DNA of 62,542 nucleotides, filler included, from Alphaproteobacteria bacterium (GTDB lineage Bacteria > Pseudomonadota > Alphaproteobacteria > Caedimonadales > UBA9215): assembly GCA_024280495.1 (NCBI GenBank). It is 4 parts of 4 records of this genome, joined end to end, with 100 filler letters (N's around TTAATTAATTAA, not from the genome) between each part and the next. Parts side by side here need not be neighbours in the genome. Positions count along the whole stretch, not along the records: positions 25,146 to 52,872 come from JAJRPZ010000041.1; 3 more parts are not named here. One strand, 5' to 3'. Each line of letters opens with the position of its first letter. Positions within the stretch are counted from its first letter, which is position 1. The notes below the pieces were generated by a model. The model searched no databases and had not been told where the DNA came from. It worked only from the letters and a program-made list of their open reading frames with translations. This document shows, one piece after another, positions 28,801-38,717 of this stretch. Made by a program: the position numbers and the translations under genes.

Positions 28801-29769
28801 TTAACTTTCGTCACCCACTAATTCTTTTGTTGATTCTAATAACGCGCGACCAAGGTCTGTCATCTGACCATGTTTTTCCACAATGGCAAGACCATCATAA
28901 TACCGTCTTGTATAATTTTCTATTTGCCCCTCAGTAAATTCAGAAGTTAAATGGGTTTGTGCATTATGTGGATAATGAGCTGCTTTTTTGAAAAAATCAA
29001 TCAAGCGCGCCAAAACAAAAACCGCATGATAAATGCCTGATATTGGCCTAGGGTCTTTACGAAGAGGACTTGAAAAAAGTCCATCACCAGAAATAATTTC
29101 ATCATTTGCCATCAGATTGTAAAGATACTGATGTGCCGTTTCATGGATAAGGTAATCCATGGTCATGGGAATATCATGTTTATCGGCAAGGGTTACGAGC
29201 CCTAACAAAGAAAAACTTGAACCCGCGATGAAACGTTTTGAATTAAGAATCAAAACTGCTGAAACGAGAGCCTCACATTCCTTATAATAAACTGGGGAAA
29301 TCTTTTTGATGTCTTCGAATGCTTTCTGTACATAAGATTTCGCACGATCAAAGGCTTCTGGTGTTGACGATTGAACCGTTGATTTCTCTGGAAATTCAGA
29401 AACAAGAACGTTTTTACAAGAATTTTCAAGACTTTTTGGAATCACTCCATGGTTAAAGGAGAAAACTTCGAAAAGTGCGATGTTATCAGGTACTGAAAAC
29501 TGACAAAATAGATTTTTTACTTTTTGGTAATTTTCGTCTTCAATGGCCTTGATAAGCTCATCGTTTAAAAGGGAAAATAAAAAAAGTGTTTCAGGGTCTT
29601 TTTTAAGTTTTTGAAGGCTATCTATAAAATGCTCTTGCTCGACAACCGACAGCAGTTCTGATGCTGCTTCGAGAATATGAGATAAACCATCAAATAAGCA
29701 GTTCTGATTTTCTTCTACCAAAAAAAAAGCGCGATCCCCGCAGGGCCGCGCATTTGAATAAGAAAACAT
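28801..29769 (-). CDS. stand-alone HEXXH-motif (aKG-HExxH-type) peptide-modification enzyme
   Basis: GSSF, LIHETAHQYL, SSPLRKDPRPISGIYHAVFV match the HExxH...PxRxDxRP..G..HA pattern of this family. Confidence 0.85.
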   Translation of the reverse strand: MFSYSNARPCGDRAFFLVEENQNCLFDGLSHILEAASELLSVVEQEHFIDSLQKLKKDPETLFLFSLLNDELIKAIEDENYQKVKNLFCQFSVPDNIALFEVFSFNHGVIPKSLENSCKNVLVSEFPEKSTVQSSTPEAFDRAKSYVQKAFEDIKKISPVYYKECEALVSAVLILNSKRFIAGSSFSLLGLVTLADKHDIPMTMDYLIHETAHQYLYNLMANDEIISGDGLFSSPLRKDPRPISGIYHAVFVLARLIDFFKKAAHYPHNAQTHLTSEFTEGQIENYTRRYYDGLAIVEKHGQMTDLGRALLESTKELVGDES

Positions 29770-29771
29770 TA

Positions 29772-29837
29772 CTACACTACTGTTGTAGATAGATTGTTTT
29801 TATTTGAAAAAATATTAGAAAGAGAATTTTTTTTCAT
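29772..29837 (-). CDS. putative 21-aa peptide MKKNSLSNIFSNKNNLSTTVV (candidate precursor), not in ORF track
   Basis: GGAG RBS 8 nt before ATG; ends TAG TAA, with the TAA overlapping the HExxH ATG (TAATG). Confidence 0.5.
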   Translation of the reverse strand: MKKNSLSNIFSNKNNLSTTVV

Positions 29838-29863
29838 TTTTTTGTCTCCAATTATTTGTAAAC

Positions 29864-30754
29864 TTACAGGGTTATTTTTGTTTTTGTCAGAAAAATTTCT
29901 GATAAGGCATAAAATAAATCATTTATCATCTTTGCACCAGCATTTTTTTTAGATGCAAAGAAAAAAACATCTACAGACGGAGGAGGGAGATCTGGCAATA
30001 TAGTTACTAAGCCAGCGTCAAAAGAAAAATCTGCACCAGTTACTGAGATGCCATATCCCAAAACCGTTGCATAAAAGACACACATTGCTGAATTGACAAC
30101 CAAACTTGGCTCTAAAATTTGTCCCCCTGATTTTAAATGCCAATCTACATTGCCATTAAAATTATTTTTGGTCAAATAGAATCCTATAAGCTTATGATCT
30201 TTTAAATCCTCAAAGGATTTGGGAACACCATATTTCTCCAAATATTTTGGGCTTGCTAATAAACGCATTTCAAAACTATAAATCTTTTTCTTAACAACAA
30301 GACCAGGATCATCTATTGTTGGCAGCAATGCCACGTCTGCATCAGTCTTAGAAAGCGCGATACTCTTATTAGTGGTCTCAATGAGGATATTAACATCAGG
30401 ATATTTTTCAATAAAACCTCTCAAGCGTGGCATCAACCATAAGCTTGTCATTCCAGTTGTTGTAATAATCTTAATAGACTTTTTAATAGATTCTTTGTTA
30501 TGTTTTACACGACTCACTGCATTTTCAATGATCATATAAGAATCCACAATGGATTCATAAAGTTCACGCCCCACATCGGTGAGTTCAACACCGCTTTTAA
30601 GGCGTTTCATCAAAACCTTATTTAAATCATGTTCAAGGGCAGTTAAAGATTTAGTGACCGTCGACGTTGCAAGGCCTAATTTCTTGGCAGCTCTTGAAAA
30701 AGAGCCACATCTAATGACTTCAACAAAATACTGTAAAGGTTCCGAATAAATCAC
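29864..30754 (-). CDS. LysR-family transcriptional regulator
   Basis: YFVEVIRCGSFSRAAKKLGLATSTVTK...LE..L...LMKR....VELTDVG; ASPKYLEKYGVPK..EDLKDH. Confidence 0.93.
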   Translation of the reverse strand: MIYSEPLQYFVEVIRCGSFSRAAKKLGLATSTVTKSLTALEHDLNKVLMKRLKSGVELTDVGRELYESIVDSYMIIENAVSRVKHNKESIKKSIKIITTTGMTSLWLMPRLRGFIEKYPDVNILIETTNKSIALSKTDADVALLPTIDDPGLVVKKKIYSFEMRLLASPKYLEKYGVPKSFEDLKDHKLIGFYLTKNNFNGNVDWHLKSGGQILEPSLVVNSAMCVFYATVLGYGISVTGADFSFDAGLVTILPDLPPPSVDVFFFASKKNAGAKMINDLFYALSEIFLTKTKITL

Positions 30755-30832
30755 TTGGAAAATTTCCTTACCTAAAAATTACTGTTGATATCTACTATTC
30801 TATCGGGTTTGAACCTTTTGAACCAGCTCATT

Positions 30833-30897
30833 CGGCAATTTTTTTATAGTCAAGGAGTGCAGCAACAAAGTGTAACCGTAAAAATGATTAACTATAG
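30833..30897 (-). repeat. family A partial copy (reverse)
   Basis: Reverse complement CTATAGTTAATCATTTTTACGGTTACACTTTGTTGCTGCACTCCTTGACTATA. Confidence 0.8.
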
Positions 30898-30958
30898 AGG
30901 TAGTCACATCAAAGGTGACGCGATATAGTATGATTAGATTTTAAACTCTAAAAGATAC

Positions 30959-33661
30959 ATGTTTCATATGCCAATGCCTTCCCAAAAAAATATCCCGTGG
31001 ACCACCAATGAAATTCGTGAGGCTTTCATCAATTTTTTCAGAAAAGAGGGACATACCGTTGTAAAATCAGCTCCCCTTTTGCTCAGTGATGATCCAACTT
31101 TGATGTTTGTCAATGCTGGCATGGTTCCTTTTAAAGATGTTTTTATGGGCTTAGAAAAACGCCCTTACACCATGGCAACCTCTTCCCAAAAATGTGTGCG
31201 AGCTGGCGGTAAACATAATGACCTTGAAAATGTAGGCTATACGGCACGGCATCATACTTTTTTTGAAATGTTGGGAAATTTTTCTTTTGGAAATTATTTT
31301 AAAGAACATGCCATTAAAATGGCCTGGGATTTTCTAACAATGGAGCTCAAAATTGATCCCGAGCGTCTTTATGTCACCGTGTACCACACAGATAATGAAG
31401 CCGCTCACATCTGGGAAAAAGTGACTGGGTTTTCCCATGAAAAGATTATTCGTATTTCAACAAATGATAATTTCTGGTCCATGGGAAACACGGGACCTTG
31501 TGGACCTTGTTCTGAAATTTTTTATGATCATGGAGAGCATATTCAAGGGGGCCTTCCTGGAACGCCCCTGGAAGATGGCGATCGCTATGTTGAAATCTGG
31601 AACCTTGTTTTCATGCAATATAACCAGAACGCCGATGGCACACGTGTTGATCTTCCATCACCTTCCATTGATACGGGTGCTGGTCTTGAACGCCTTGCAG
31701 CAGTGATGCAGGGAACCCATAATAACTTTGAAACCGATCAATTTAAAAAAATTATTCAAAAATCTATTGAAGTCACAGGGGCATTTCAAGTAGAATATAT
31801 TACCTCCCATCGAATTATTGCTGATCATTTGCGTTCCAGCTGTTTTCTTGTGGCCGATGGCGTGCTGCCCTCCAATGAGGGACGAGGCTATGTTTTACGC
31901 CGTATTATGCGCCGCGCCATGCGCCATGCTTATATTTTAGGAACGACCGAACCTTTAATGTATCAATTGGTTCAAAGCCTTGTGGATGAAATGGGGGGGG
32001 CTTATTCTGAGTTGATTCGTGCTCAAGACCTTATGACTGAAACACTTAAACTTGAAGAAGACCGTTTTCGAAAAACCTTGGGACGTGGACTTAAACTATT
32101 GGACGAAGCTCTCGAACCGCTCCTTCCAGGAGAACCCCTTCATGGTGATATGGCTTTTAAGCTTTATGATACCTATGGCTTTCCCCTTGATTTAACGGAA
32201 GATATTCTCAGGTCTCAAAATCGTTCAGTAGATAGGGATGCTTTTAACAAGGCCATGGCCCTCCAAAAGGCGGAAGCACGAAAATCTTGGAGCGGATCTG
32301 GTGATATAAAAGATGAAGCTGTTTGGTTTGATCTAGCTCAAAAACTACCAGAAACAGTTTTTGTCGGATATGAAAACACAAGTTCTTCATCAACTGTCAT
32401 TGGTCTTGTGCAAGATGGAGAGTGCCGCAATACGGTTTCCAGCGGCAAAGCGTGGATTATTTTAGATCAAACACCTTTCTATGCAGAATCTGGTGGTCAA
32501 GCAGCTGATGTCGGTAGGCTTGCCAATGATCATTTTATTGGTTATGTGACCGATTGTTCTAAAAAAGTGGGTAAATTTTTTGCGCACCTTGTGGAAATTT
32601 CAGAGGATTCTGAACCTCTATCCCTTGGAATGCCCGTAGACGCTTTGGTTGATGATGACAAACGTCGCTTCACAAAAGCTAATCATTCTGCTACACACCT
32701 TTTACATGGGGCTCTTCGCAAAAACCTTGGCAATCAAGTAGCTCAAAAAGGGTCTCTTGTAAATGCCCAACGTCTGCGCTTTGATTTCAGCTTCAACCAA
32801 GCGGTGACAACTCAACAACTTCAAACCATTGAAGATGAAGTCAACGGTATTATTCGTCAAAATCAAAAAACAATAACGAAAATTATGATTCCCGATGAAG
32901 CCCTTAAAACAGGTGCGGTTGCTCTTTTTGGCGAAAAATATGGCGATGAAGTACGGGTGATTTCTATAGGCAGTTCACCAACTTCAGAAACATCTCCTTA
33001 TTCCATTGAATTTTGTGGTGGTACCCATGTGAATCGCACTGGTGATATCGGCTACTTTAAAATTATTTCTGAAACTGGGATTTCAGCTGGCGTACGACGC
33101 ATTGAAGCCTTAACGGGTCTTCGTGCCGAAGAGCACGCTCGCTCTTTTGAATGCACTATAAAGGATCTATCCACCCTTTTAAAAACACAACCCTTGAAAA
33201 TAAATGAAAAAATTTCAAGTATTATTGCTGATAAAAAACTTCTTGAAAAAGAAATTAAAAAATTAAAAGAGCAAGCTATCATTGGTGCAAACAATAAATC
33301 AGGAAAGCCAGATTTTCAAATTCTGACAACAAAGACCTTGGGTGACCTCCCTTATTTAGCAAAAACCCTGAAAAACAGCCCTCCTCAAGAACTGAAACCT
33401 GCCGTTGATGCCCTTAAAAAGCAATTAAAGTCTGGTATTATTGTTTTGGGGAGTGATTTTGGCGGCAAAGGATCCTTGGTTGTTGGCGTTACTTCAGATC
33501 TCTCGACTCATTTTAGCGCCGTTGATTTGGTTCGTAAGGGCTCTGAAAAAATCGGTGGTAAAGGTGGCGGTGGACGCCCTGATATGGCTCAAGCAGGTGG
33601 CCCTAATGCCGCTGACCTAGATAAAGCTTACAAAGCCATTGCAGATCTATTGATGCAATAA
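30959..33661 (+). CDS. alaS: alanyl-tRNA synthetase
   Basis: RAGGKHNDLENVGYTARHHTFFEMLGNFSFG, NHSATHLLH, EFCGGTHV, GGKGGGGRPDMAQAGG. Confidence 0.99.
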   Translation: MFHMPMPSQKNIPWTTNEIREAFINFFRKEGHTVVKSAPLLLSDDPTLMFVNAGMVPFKDVFMGLEKRPYTMATSSQKCVRAGGKHNDLENVGYTARHHTFFEMLGNFSFGNYFKEHAIKMAWDFLTMELKIDPERLYVTVYHTDNEAAHIWEKVTGFSHEKIIRISTNDNFWSMGNTGPCGPCSEIFYDHGEHIQGGLPGTPLEDGDRYVEIWNLVFMQYNQNADGTRVDLPSPSIDTGAGLERLAAVMQGTHNNFETDQFKKIIQKSIEVTGAFQVEYITSHRIIADHLRSSCFLVADGVLPSNEGRGYVLRRIMRRAMRHAYILGTTEPLMYQLVQSLVDEMGGAYSELIRAQDLMTETLKLEEDRFRKTLGRGLKLLDEALEPLLPGEPLHGDMAFKLYDTYGFPLDLTEDILRSQNRSVDRDAFNKAMALQKAEARKSWSGSGDIKDEAVWFDLAQKLPETVFVGYENTSSSSTVIGLVQDGECRNTVSSGKAWIILDQTPFYAESGGQAADVGRLANDHFIGYVTDCSKKVGKFFAHLVEISEDSEPLSLGMPVDALVDDDKRRFTKANHSATHLLHGALRKNLGNQVAQKGSLVNAQRLRFDFSFNQAVTTQQLQTIEDEVNGIIRQNQKTITKIMIPDEALKTGAVALFGEKYGDEVRVISIGSSPTSETSPYSIEFCGGTHVNRTGDIGYFKIISETGISAGVRRIEALTGLRAEEHARSFECTIKDLSTLLKTQPLKINEKISSIIADKKLLEKEIKKLKEQAIIGANNKSGKPDFQILTTKTLGDLPYLAKTLKNSPPQELKPAVDALKKQLKSGIIVLGSDFGGKGSLVVGVTSDLSTHFSAVDLVRKGSEKIGGKGGGGRPDMAQAGGPNAADLDKAYKAIADLLMQ

Positions 33662-33757
33662 GCTAATCATTAGTTTACACTTTGTTGTTGCGCTCCTTGG
33701 CTTAAGTATAGCCGTCCTTCCTTACGCCTTGTGTAAACAAAAAACTAATCAACTATA
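33659..33757 (+). repeat. palindromic element family A copy
   Basis: AGCTAATCAT..GTTTACACTTTGTTGTTGCGCTCCTTGGC..TATAGCCG..GTGTAAACAAAAAACTAATCAACTATA. Confidence 0.85.
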
Positions 33758-33856
33758 ACTTCATTTTCCTTTTCCCTTTTTATAAAACAGGATAAAATAA
33801 AATAGATTAATGAAAAAATATACTTTCAGGGTATTAAAAAAAACAGGGGGAGAGTT

Positions 33857-35353
33857 ATGTCTTCTGCGCCGAATCTTATCCAAAAACAGAGTCAAAAACA
33901 AACGCAAACCGTCGCGTTTACCCCTCAATTGTGCCAAGCCATTGGGATTCTTGAACTTTCGAACCTTGATCTCCAAACCCATGTAACTCAGCAAATTACA
34001 GATAATCCTTTTCTTGAGGGAGAAGATGACATTCTTTCAAAAAGTCAAAGCAACGATACCACTGAAACAAAAGACTCCATTCAAGACCCTCCCACTCAAG
34101 AAGAAAGAGAAAAAGAATATTTATACCAGGAAATGGACTCGGATAACTATGATAATGTGTGGAGCAGCGACAAACGTTTAACATCAAATTCCCATGGATC
34201 TTCGCAAAGTAGCCATCAAGGACTTACGGGCTCTTTTGATCATATTGCCAGCGATCGTTTTACGCTGAGAGACCATTTATTATCCCAAATTAATACGGAT
34301 ATCCCTCAAGAAAAGGAGCGTTTAATTGCTCAAATCCTGGTGGATCATCTGGATGAAACAGGATATTTTTCAACTTCTATTGACGAAGTTGCAGAAACTT
34401 TAGGGACTTCTGTTGTTACCGTTGAGACCATTCTTGTACGCCTCAAACAATGTGATCCTGCGGGTGTCTTTGCGGGGTCTCTTAAGGAGTGCATGACCCT
34501 GCAACTAAAAGATTTAGGCCAGTTAGATAAAAAAACAAAAGCCGTTTTAGAATATATTGACTTATTCGCCGAAGCAAAAGTCCAAGAGCTGTTAGCAAAA
34601 ACAGGCTGTACTCCAGCGGAGTTAAAAAAAATCATTGAGAAATTTAAACGCCTAGATCCCAAACCAGGTTTGAAATTCAACCATGAGTCCCTTCAATCCA
34701 TGGTTCCTGATGTCTTTATGAACAAGTCAAAAGAGGATGGATCTTGGACTATTCGTTTAAATAACGAAACTCTGCCTCGGGTTCTCGTATCCCAAGATTA
34801 TAAAATTCGAGCAAATCTTAACTTAAAAAAAGATAAGGATTTACGGAAATATTATCAAGAACGTATGGGAGAAGCAAATTGGTTGGTGCGCGCCCTTGAT
34901 CAGCGTGCACAAAATATTTTAAAGGTTGTTGAGGAAATTGTTCGTCAACAAGACGCTTTTTTTGAAAAAGGAATAACGGCTTTAAAGCCCATGACTCTTA
35001 AACAAGTTGCAGATGTCATTTCAGTTCATGAAAGTACAGTCAGTCGTATCACGCAAAACAAATACTTGGCTAGTCCACGGGGTGTTTTTGAATTGCGTTA
35101 TTTTTTTAGTGCATCCATCACTAACGCGTGGACAGGAGAGGATCAATCTGCCCTTCAAATTCAACATCAAATTCAGAAAATTGTCCAGGATGAAAATCCC
35201 AAAAAACCACTTTCTGATGGTGCCATTGTCTTAAAACTCAGTGATTATAACTTTGACGTAGCAAGACGCACTATTTCAAAATATCGTGAACTTTTAAAAA
35301 TCCCCTCATCATATGAACGTAAACGCCAATATTTAAGAAACCTCTCCTTATAA
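33857..35353 (+). CDS. rpoN: RNA polymerase sigma-54 factor
   Basis: Q-rich region I TPQL.QAI..L.L, HESTVSR, RpoN box VARRTISKYRE. Confidence 0.97.
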   Translation: MSSAPNLIQKQSQKQTQTVAFTPQLCQAIGILELSNLDLQTHVTQQITDNPFLEGEDDILSKSQSNDTTETKDSIQDPPTQEEREKEYLYQEMDSDNYDNVWSSDKRLTSNSHGSSQSSHQGLTGSFDHIASDRFTLRDHLLSQINTDIPQEKERLIAQILVDHLDETGYFSTSIDEVAETLGTSVVTVETILVRLKQCDPAGVFAGSLKECMTLQLKDLGQLDKKTKAVLEYIDLFAEAKVQELLAKTGCTPAELKKIIEKFKRLDPKPGLKFNHESLQSMVPDVFMNKSKEDGSWTIRLNNETLPRVLVSQDYKIRANLNLKKDKDLRKYYQERMGEANWLVRALDQRAQNILKVVEEIVRQQDAFFEKGITALKPMTLKQVADVISVHESTVSRITQNKYLASPRGVFELRYFFSASITNAWTGEDQSALQIQHQIQKIVQDENPKKPLSDGAIVLKLSDYNFDVARRTISKYRELLKIPSSYERKRQYLRNLSL

Positions 35354-35365
35354 AGTGCAAAAAAA

Positions 35366-36442
35366 CTAGCTACACCAAGCATGTTTGAGTATTTTTTTCA
35401 TTAGGGTTGGTAATGGGAAATTTTCAAGGTCTTTTTGAGCAACCCAAGATACATTTTTATTATTATATTTAAAATTTTTGTGCCCCAGCGTATAAATATC
35501 AAGATATAAATGGAAATGGGTAAAAGTGTGTTTAATACGCTGCTCTATGTCCGTCACCTGAGTTATATCAGAGTATTGTTCAAAGTTTTTAAGAGCCCCC
35601 TTAGGATCAGTATCCCAAGAAGTTGAGGGCACTTCCATCATGCTTGCAAGGAGGCCTTTGTTTGGGCGCTTTTGAAGAAGAATACGGTTTTGATCATCTA
35701 ATACAAGAAAGGCCTTACCGAACCGCAGGGGCTTTTTAGGTTTTGACAAACGGTGAGGCAGTTCATCTTGTGTGCCTTTTTTGTAAGCATCGCATGATTC
35801 TTGAAGAGGGCAGCTATGACAAAGGGGATTTTTAGGCTTGCAAATCACTGATCCTAAATCCATGAGGCCTTGAGCAAAATCCCCAGGTCGTTCTGAATAG
35901 GCATAGGCTCTCACTTTATTTTCAATGATCGCTTTTAAAGCAGGTAAAGGTGTTTCAAAATTATGTAAACGAGACATGACCCGAATAACATTACCATCCA
36001 CGGGGACGGTTTTTTTTTGAAAGGCAATACTTGCAATGGCTGCTGCTGAATAGGGGCCAATGCCAGGAAGGGTTAATAGAATTTTTTCATTCTGTGGGAA
36101 GGTTCCACTATGATCGAGAACAATGATTTTGGCACATTTAAGAAGATTTCGTGCCCTTGAATAATAGCCAAGGCCTTGCCAAGCTGTGAGGATATTATCT
36201 TCTGATGCTTGAGCCAGATCCGTAATATTAGGCCACTTTTTGATAAAATCTAGAAAGTAACTTTTGACGGTTATAACGGTTGTTTGTTGAAGCATAATTT
36301 CGCTGAGCCAGGTGTGATAGGGATTTCCTGTATCATTATGTCCATAACGCCAGGGAAAATCCCTAGCATTTTCATTATACCATGATAAAAGACTCCCATG
36401 GATGGTCCTTACTTTTGATGATTGAATTTTCATAGGTGACAT
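35366..36442 (-). CDS. mutY: A/G-specific adenine glycosylase
   Basis: WLSEIMLQQT, WQGLGYYSRARN, LPGIGPY, VDGNV, C-X6-C-X2-C-X5-C. Confidence 0.96.
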   Translation of the reverse strand: MSPMKIQSSKVRTIHGSLLSWYNENARDFPWRYGHNDTGNPYHTWLSEIMLQQTTVITVKSYFLDFIKKWPNITDLAQASEDNILTAWQGLGYYSRARNLLKCAKIIVLDHSGTFPQNEKILLTLPGIGPYSAAAIASIAFQKKTVPVDGNVIRVMSRLHNFETPLPALKAIIENKVRAYAYSERPGDFAQGLMDLGSVICKPKNPLCHSCPLQESCDAYKKGTQDELPHRLSKPKKPLRFGKAFLVLDDQNRILLQKRPNKGLLASMMEVPSTSWDTDPKGALKNFEQYSDITQVTDIEQRIKHTFTHFHLYLDIYTLGHKNFKYNNKNVSWVAQKDLENFPLPTLMKKILKHAWCS

Positions 36443-36485
36443 GCCATGCTAATTGTATGTTTTCTTTAAAGAATCTTATATTCAT

Positions 36486-36950
36486 ATGAAACCCATTAAA
36501 AATATTGTCAATCGCTTGATTGCTCCTGCCGCAAGAAAACGTGGGTTGGTAAATGGAAAAATTTTACTGGAATGGGACAAAATAGTGGGGGGAGAATTTG
36601 CTTCCTGGTGCATGCCCCTTAAAGTTCAATTTCAATACAAGAAGCGTAATAATGGTGTTTTACACCTTAAGGTAAACCCAAGCCACGCCCTCTTGATTAC
36701 CCATAGTAAAGATTTAGTGGTTGAAAAAGTTAACACTTATTTTGGATACAAGGCTATTCAGGATATCAAAATTTTTCAAATGCCCTTTACGCCACAAAAT
36801 AAAACAACCATGGTGAAAGTGAAAAAAAGAAAAGTTGATCACAATACTAAAGACTTAAATATAACTCCCCAAGAACGATTGCATAAGGCATTGATTGATC
36901 TTGAAACTTGTATCAAATTAGAAGAGAAAAAGAGGGGAAACACCAAGTGA
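36486..36950 (+). CDS. dciA: DUF721/DciA-family protein
   Basis: W.KIVG, GVLHLKV, EKVNTYFGYKAI.DIKI; divergent from mutY as is usual in Alphaproteobacteria. Confidence 0.8.
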   Translation: MKPIKNIVNRLIAPAARKRGLVNGKILLEWDKIVGGEFASWCMPLKVQFQYKKRNNGVLHLKVNPSHALLITHSKDLVVEKVNTYFGYKAIQDIKIFQMPFTPQNKTTMVKVKKRKVDHNTKDLNITPQERLHKALIDLETCIKLEEKKRGNTK

Positions 36951-37015
36951 AATTAACGTTTTTTTTACTTTTTCGAGAGAAACTTTTAAAGAAAGCATTA
37001 TAGTCGGAGAGTCCA

Positions 37016-38680
37016 TTGTCCTTATCCCCATCAAAAAACAAAGAAAACAGTCTGGACTCCTCATCTCAGAAAACAAAAAACACCATTTTACTTAAGGTTC
37101 TATCTCTAGCTATAGTGCCCTTTATTGGTTTAATCTTCATTTTATTTATTAGTCAGTCAGCCTTCAAAAAAATTGAAAAGCTCGATAAAGAGTCCCAAAT
37201 ACTTATTCGAAAAAATGCAGTTTATGATAAAATGGGAGAAACCGTAACGGCTCTAAAATACTATTTAAAAACTAAAGATTTCATTAATCCTGCCCCTTAT
37301 ATTTCACGTCTGAAACAAGGTATTAGGTCTTCTAATTCAACCCTAAACCCTCAATATGGGCAGTTGGCGACTGATTTTCTTGAAGTTCAGAACCAAACCC
37401 GTCTTCTTAAAACCCTTTCCAATAAGCACCTTGTCCTCTCGCAAAAAGATCCCCGTGATCAAGAGCGCCTGAATTGGGTCATTTCACAACAAAAAGAACA
37501 ACGTGATCGTCTTTTGAATGCTGTGAATCAACTTGAAAAAAGTAGGGTTATTGCCGAAACATATCAAAAAGATCTCAAGGAAGCAAAACGTATTGAATCT
37601 CAAAGTTTGGGGGCAAATACATTTTTTTTTCTTATTTTAGTGGCAACAATTATCATGGGGCTTGTGATATTTGCGCACCTTTTTATGGGACGTTTAATTT
37701 CAAAACCTCTGCGTGATATCAAAGAAAAAATGGCATCTTTGAATAAGGGGCAATTTTATGGAAATGAAACTGAAGTGCACCCAAATAATGAGTTTGGAGA
37801 TATAGCGAGACTGCTGGGAGATTTTAAAGAAAATGCACAAAATATTCGTCGCCTTCAAAATCATCTCAAAGAAACCATTCAAAATTCAACGCAATCCAGT
37901 AAAGCAAAGGCTAATATTTTAGCAAAAATGGGCCACGATATTAAGAGTCCTTTGAATAAAATGATGGGGGCGACGGAAAATATTTCCAATGGAATGAAGG
38001 GACCCACTGATAAAATTGATATTGAACAATTACGTGCGGACATTGATAGTATTTCCAATATGGGGCAGGGGTTAATTTCCATGGTCGATTCTGTCATTGA
38101 TCTCACCGAAGCTGAAGCTGACGACACCCTTCGAATTGAGTCATTTAATGTCCGCGAAGAAGTACAGCGCATGTTGCCAACCCTTGAATTAGACATATTG
38201 AAAAATAAAAACAAACTCAAAGTCCACTGCCCTGATGCAAGTTTACTCATGATGTCTGATCCCAAAAGGCTCATGGGTGTCTTAAAAAACCTCATTAAAA
38301 ATGCAGCGCAAGCAACCAGTGATGGGCAAATTACATTGGATATTCTTGGTGCCACCCTGGGTGATACGCAAGCGATTCAATTTAATGTACAGGATACGGG
38401 GGTTGGGCTTGATAGCGCACGCATTAAAGATTTAAACAATACGGCATTTCAAGATGAAGCTTCTATTTATAATATAGCTAATATTGGGGATAAAAATCGC
38501 GGTGCTGGATTGGGGCTTATCCTCGTTAAAAAAGGGTGTAAGGATTTGTTAGGTCAACTTTTCGCCAAAAAGAACGAGCGTAAAGGAACAAAAATTACTT
38601 TGACCTTACCCAGTGATTATAAATCTGCAAAAAACAAACAGGATAAAATGTCCCTTTCTCCCATTGCAGAGGCTGTTTAA
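37016..38680 (+). CDS. orphan membrane sensor histidine kinase (2 TM, HAMP, HisKA, HATPase)
   Basis: MGHDIKSPL H-box, NLIKNA, DTGVG, GAGLGL. Confidence 0.85.
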   Translation: MSLSPSKNKENSLDSSSQKTKNTILLKVLSLAIVPFIGLIFILFISQSAFKKIEKLDKESQILIRKNAVYDKMGETVTALKYYLKTKDFINPAPYISRLKQGIRSSNSTLNPQYGQLATDFLEVQNQTRLLKTLSNKHLVLSQKDPRDQERLNWVISQQKEQRDRLLNAVNQLEKSRVIAETYQKDLKEAKRIESQSLGANTFFFLILVATIIMGLVIFAHLFMGRLISKPLRDIKEKMASLNKGQFYGNETEVHPNNEFGDIARLLGDFKENAQNIRRLQNHLKETIQNSTQSSKAKANILAKMGHDIKSPLNKMMGATENISNGMKGPTDKIDIEQLRADIDSISNMGQGLISMVDSVIDLTEAEADDTLRIESFNVREEVQRMLPTLELDILKNKNKLKVHCPDASLLMMSDPKRLMGVLKNLIKNAAQATSDGQITLDILGATLGDTQAIQFNVQDTGVGLDSARIKDLNNTAFQDEASIYNIANIGDKNRGAGLGLILVKKGCKDLLGQLFAKKNERKGTKITLTLPSDYKSAKNKQDKMSLSPIAEAV

Positions 38681-38717
38681 AGGCAATTTACACAACGAGT
38701 TACTCTTGAATGTGGTT

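Noticed and set aside
36953..36968. Additional CtrA-like boxes (here and 43383-43397)
   Set aside because: Imperfect matches in very AT-rich DNA, expected by chance without supporting context.
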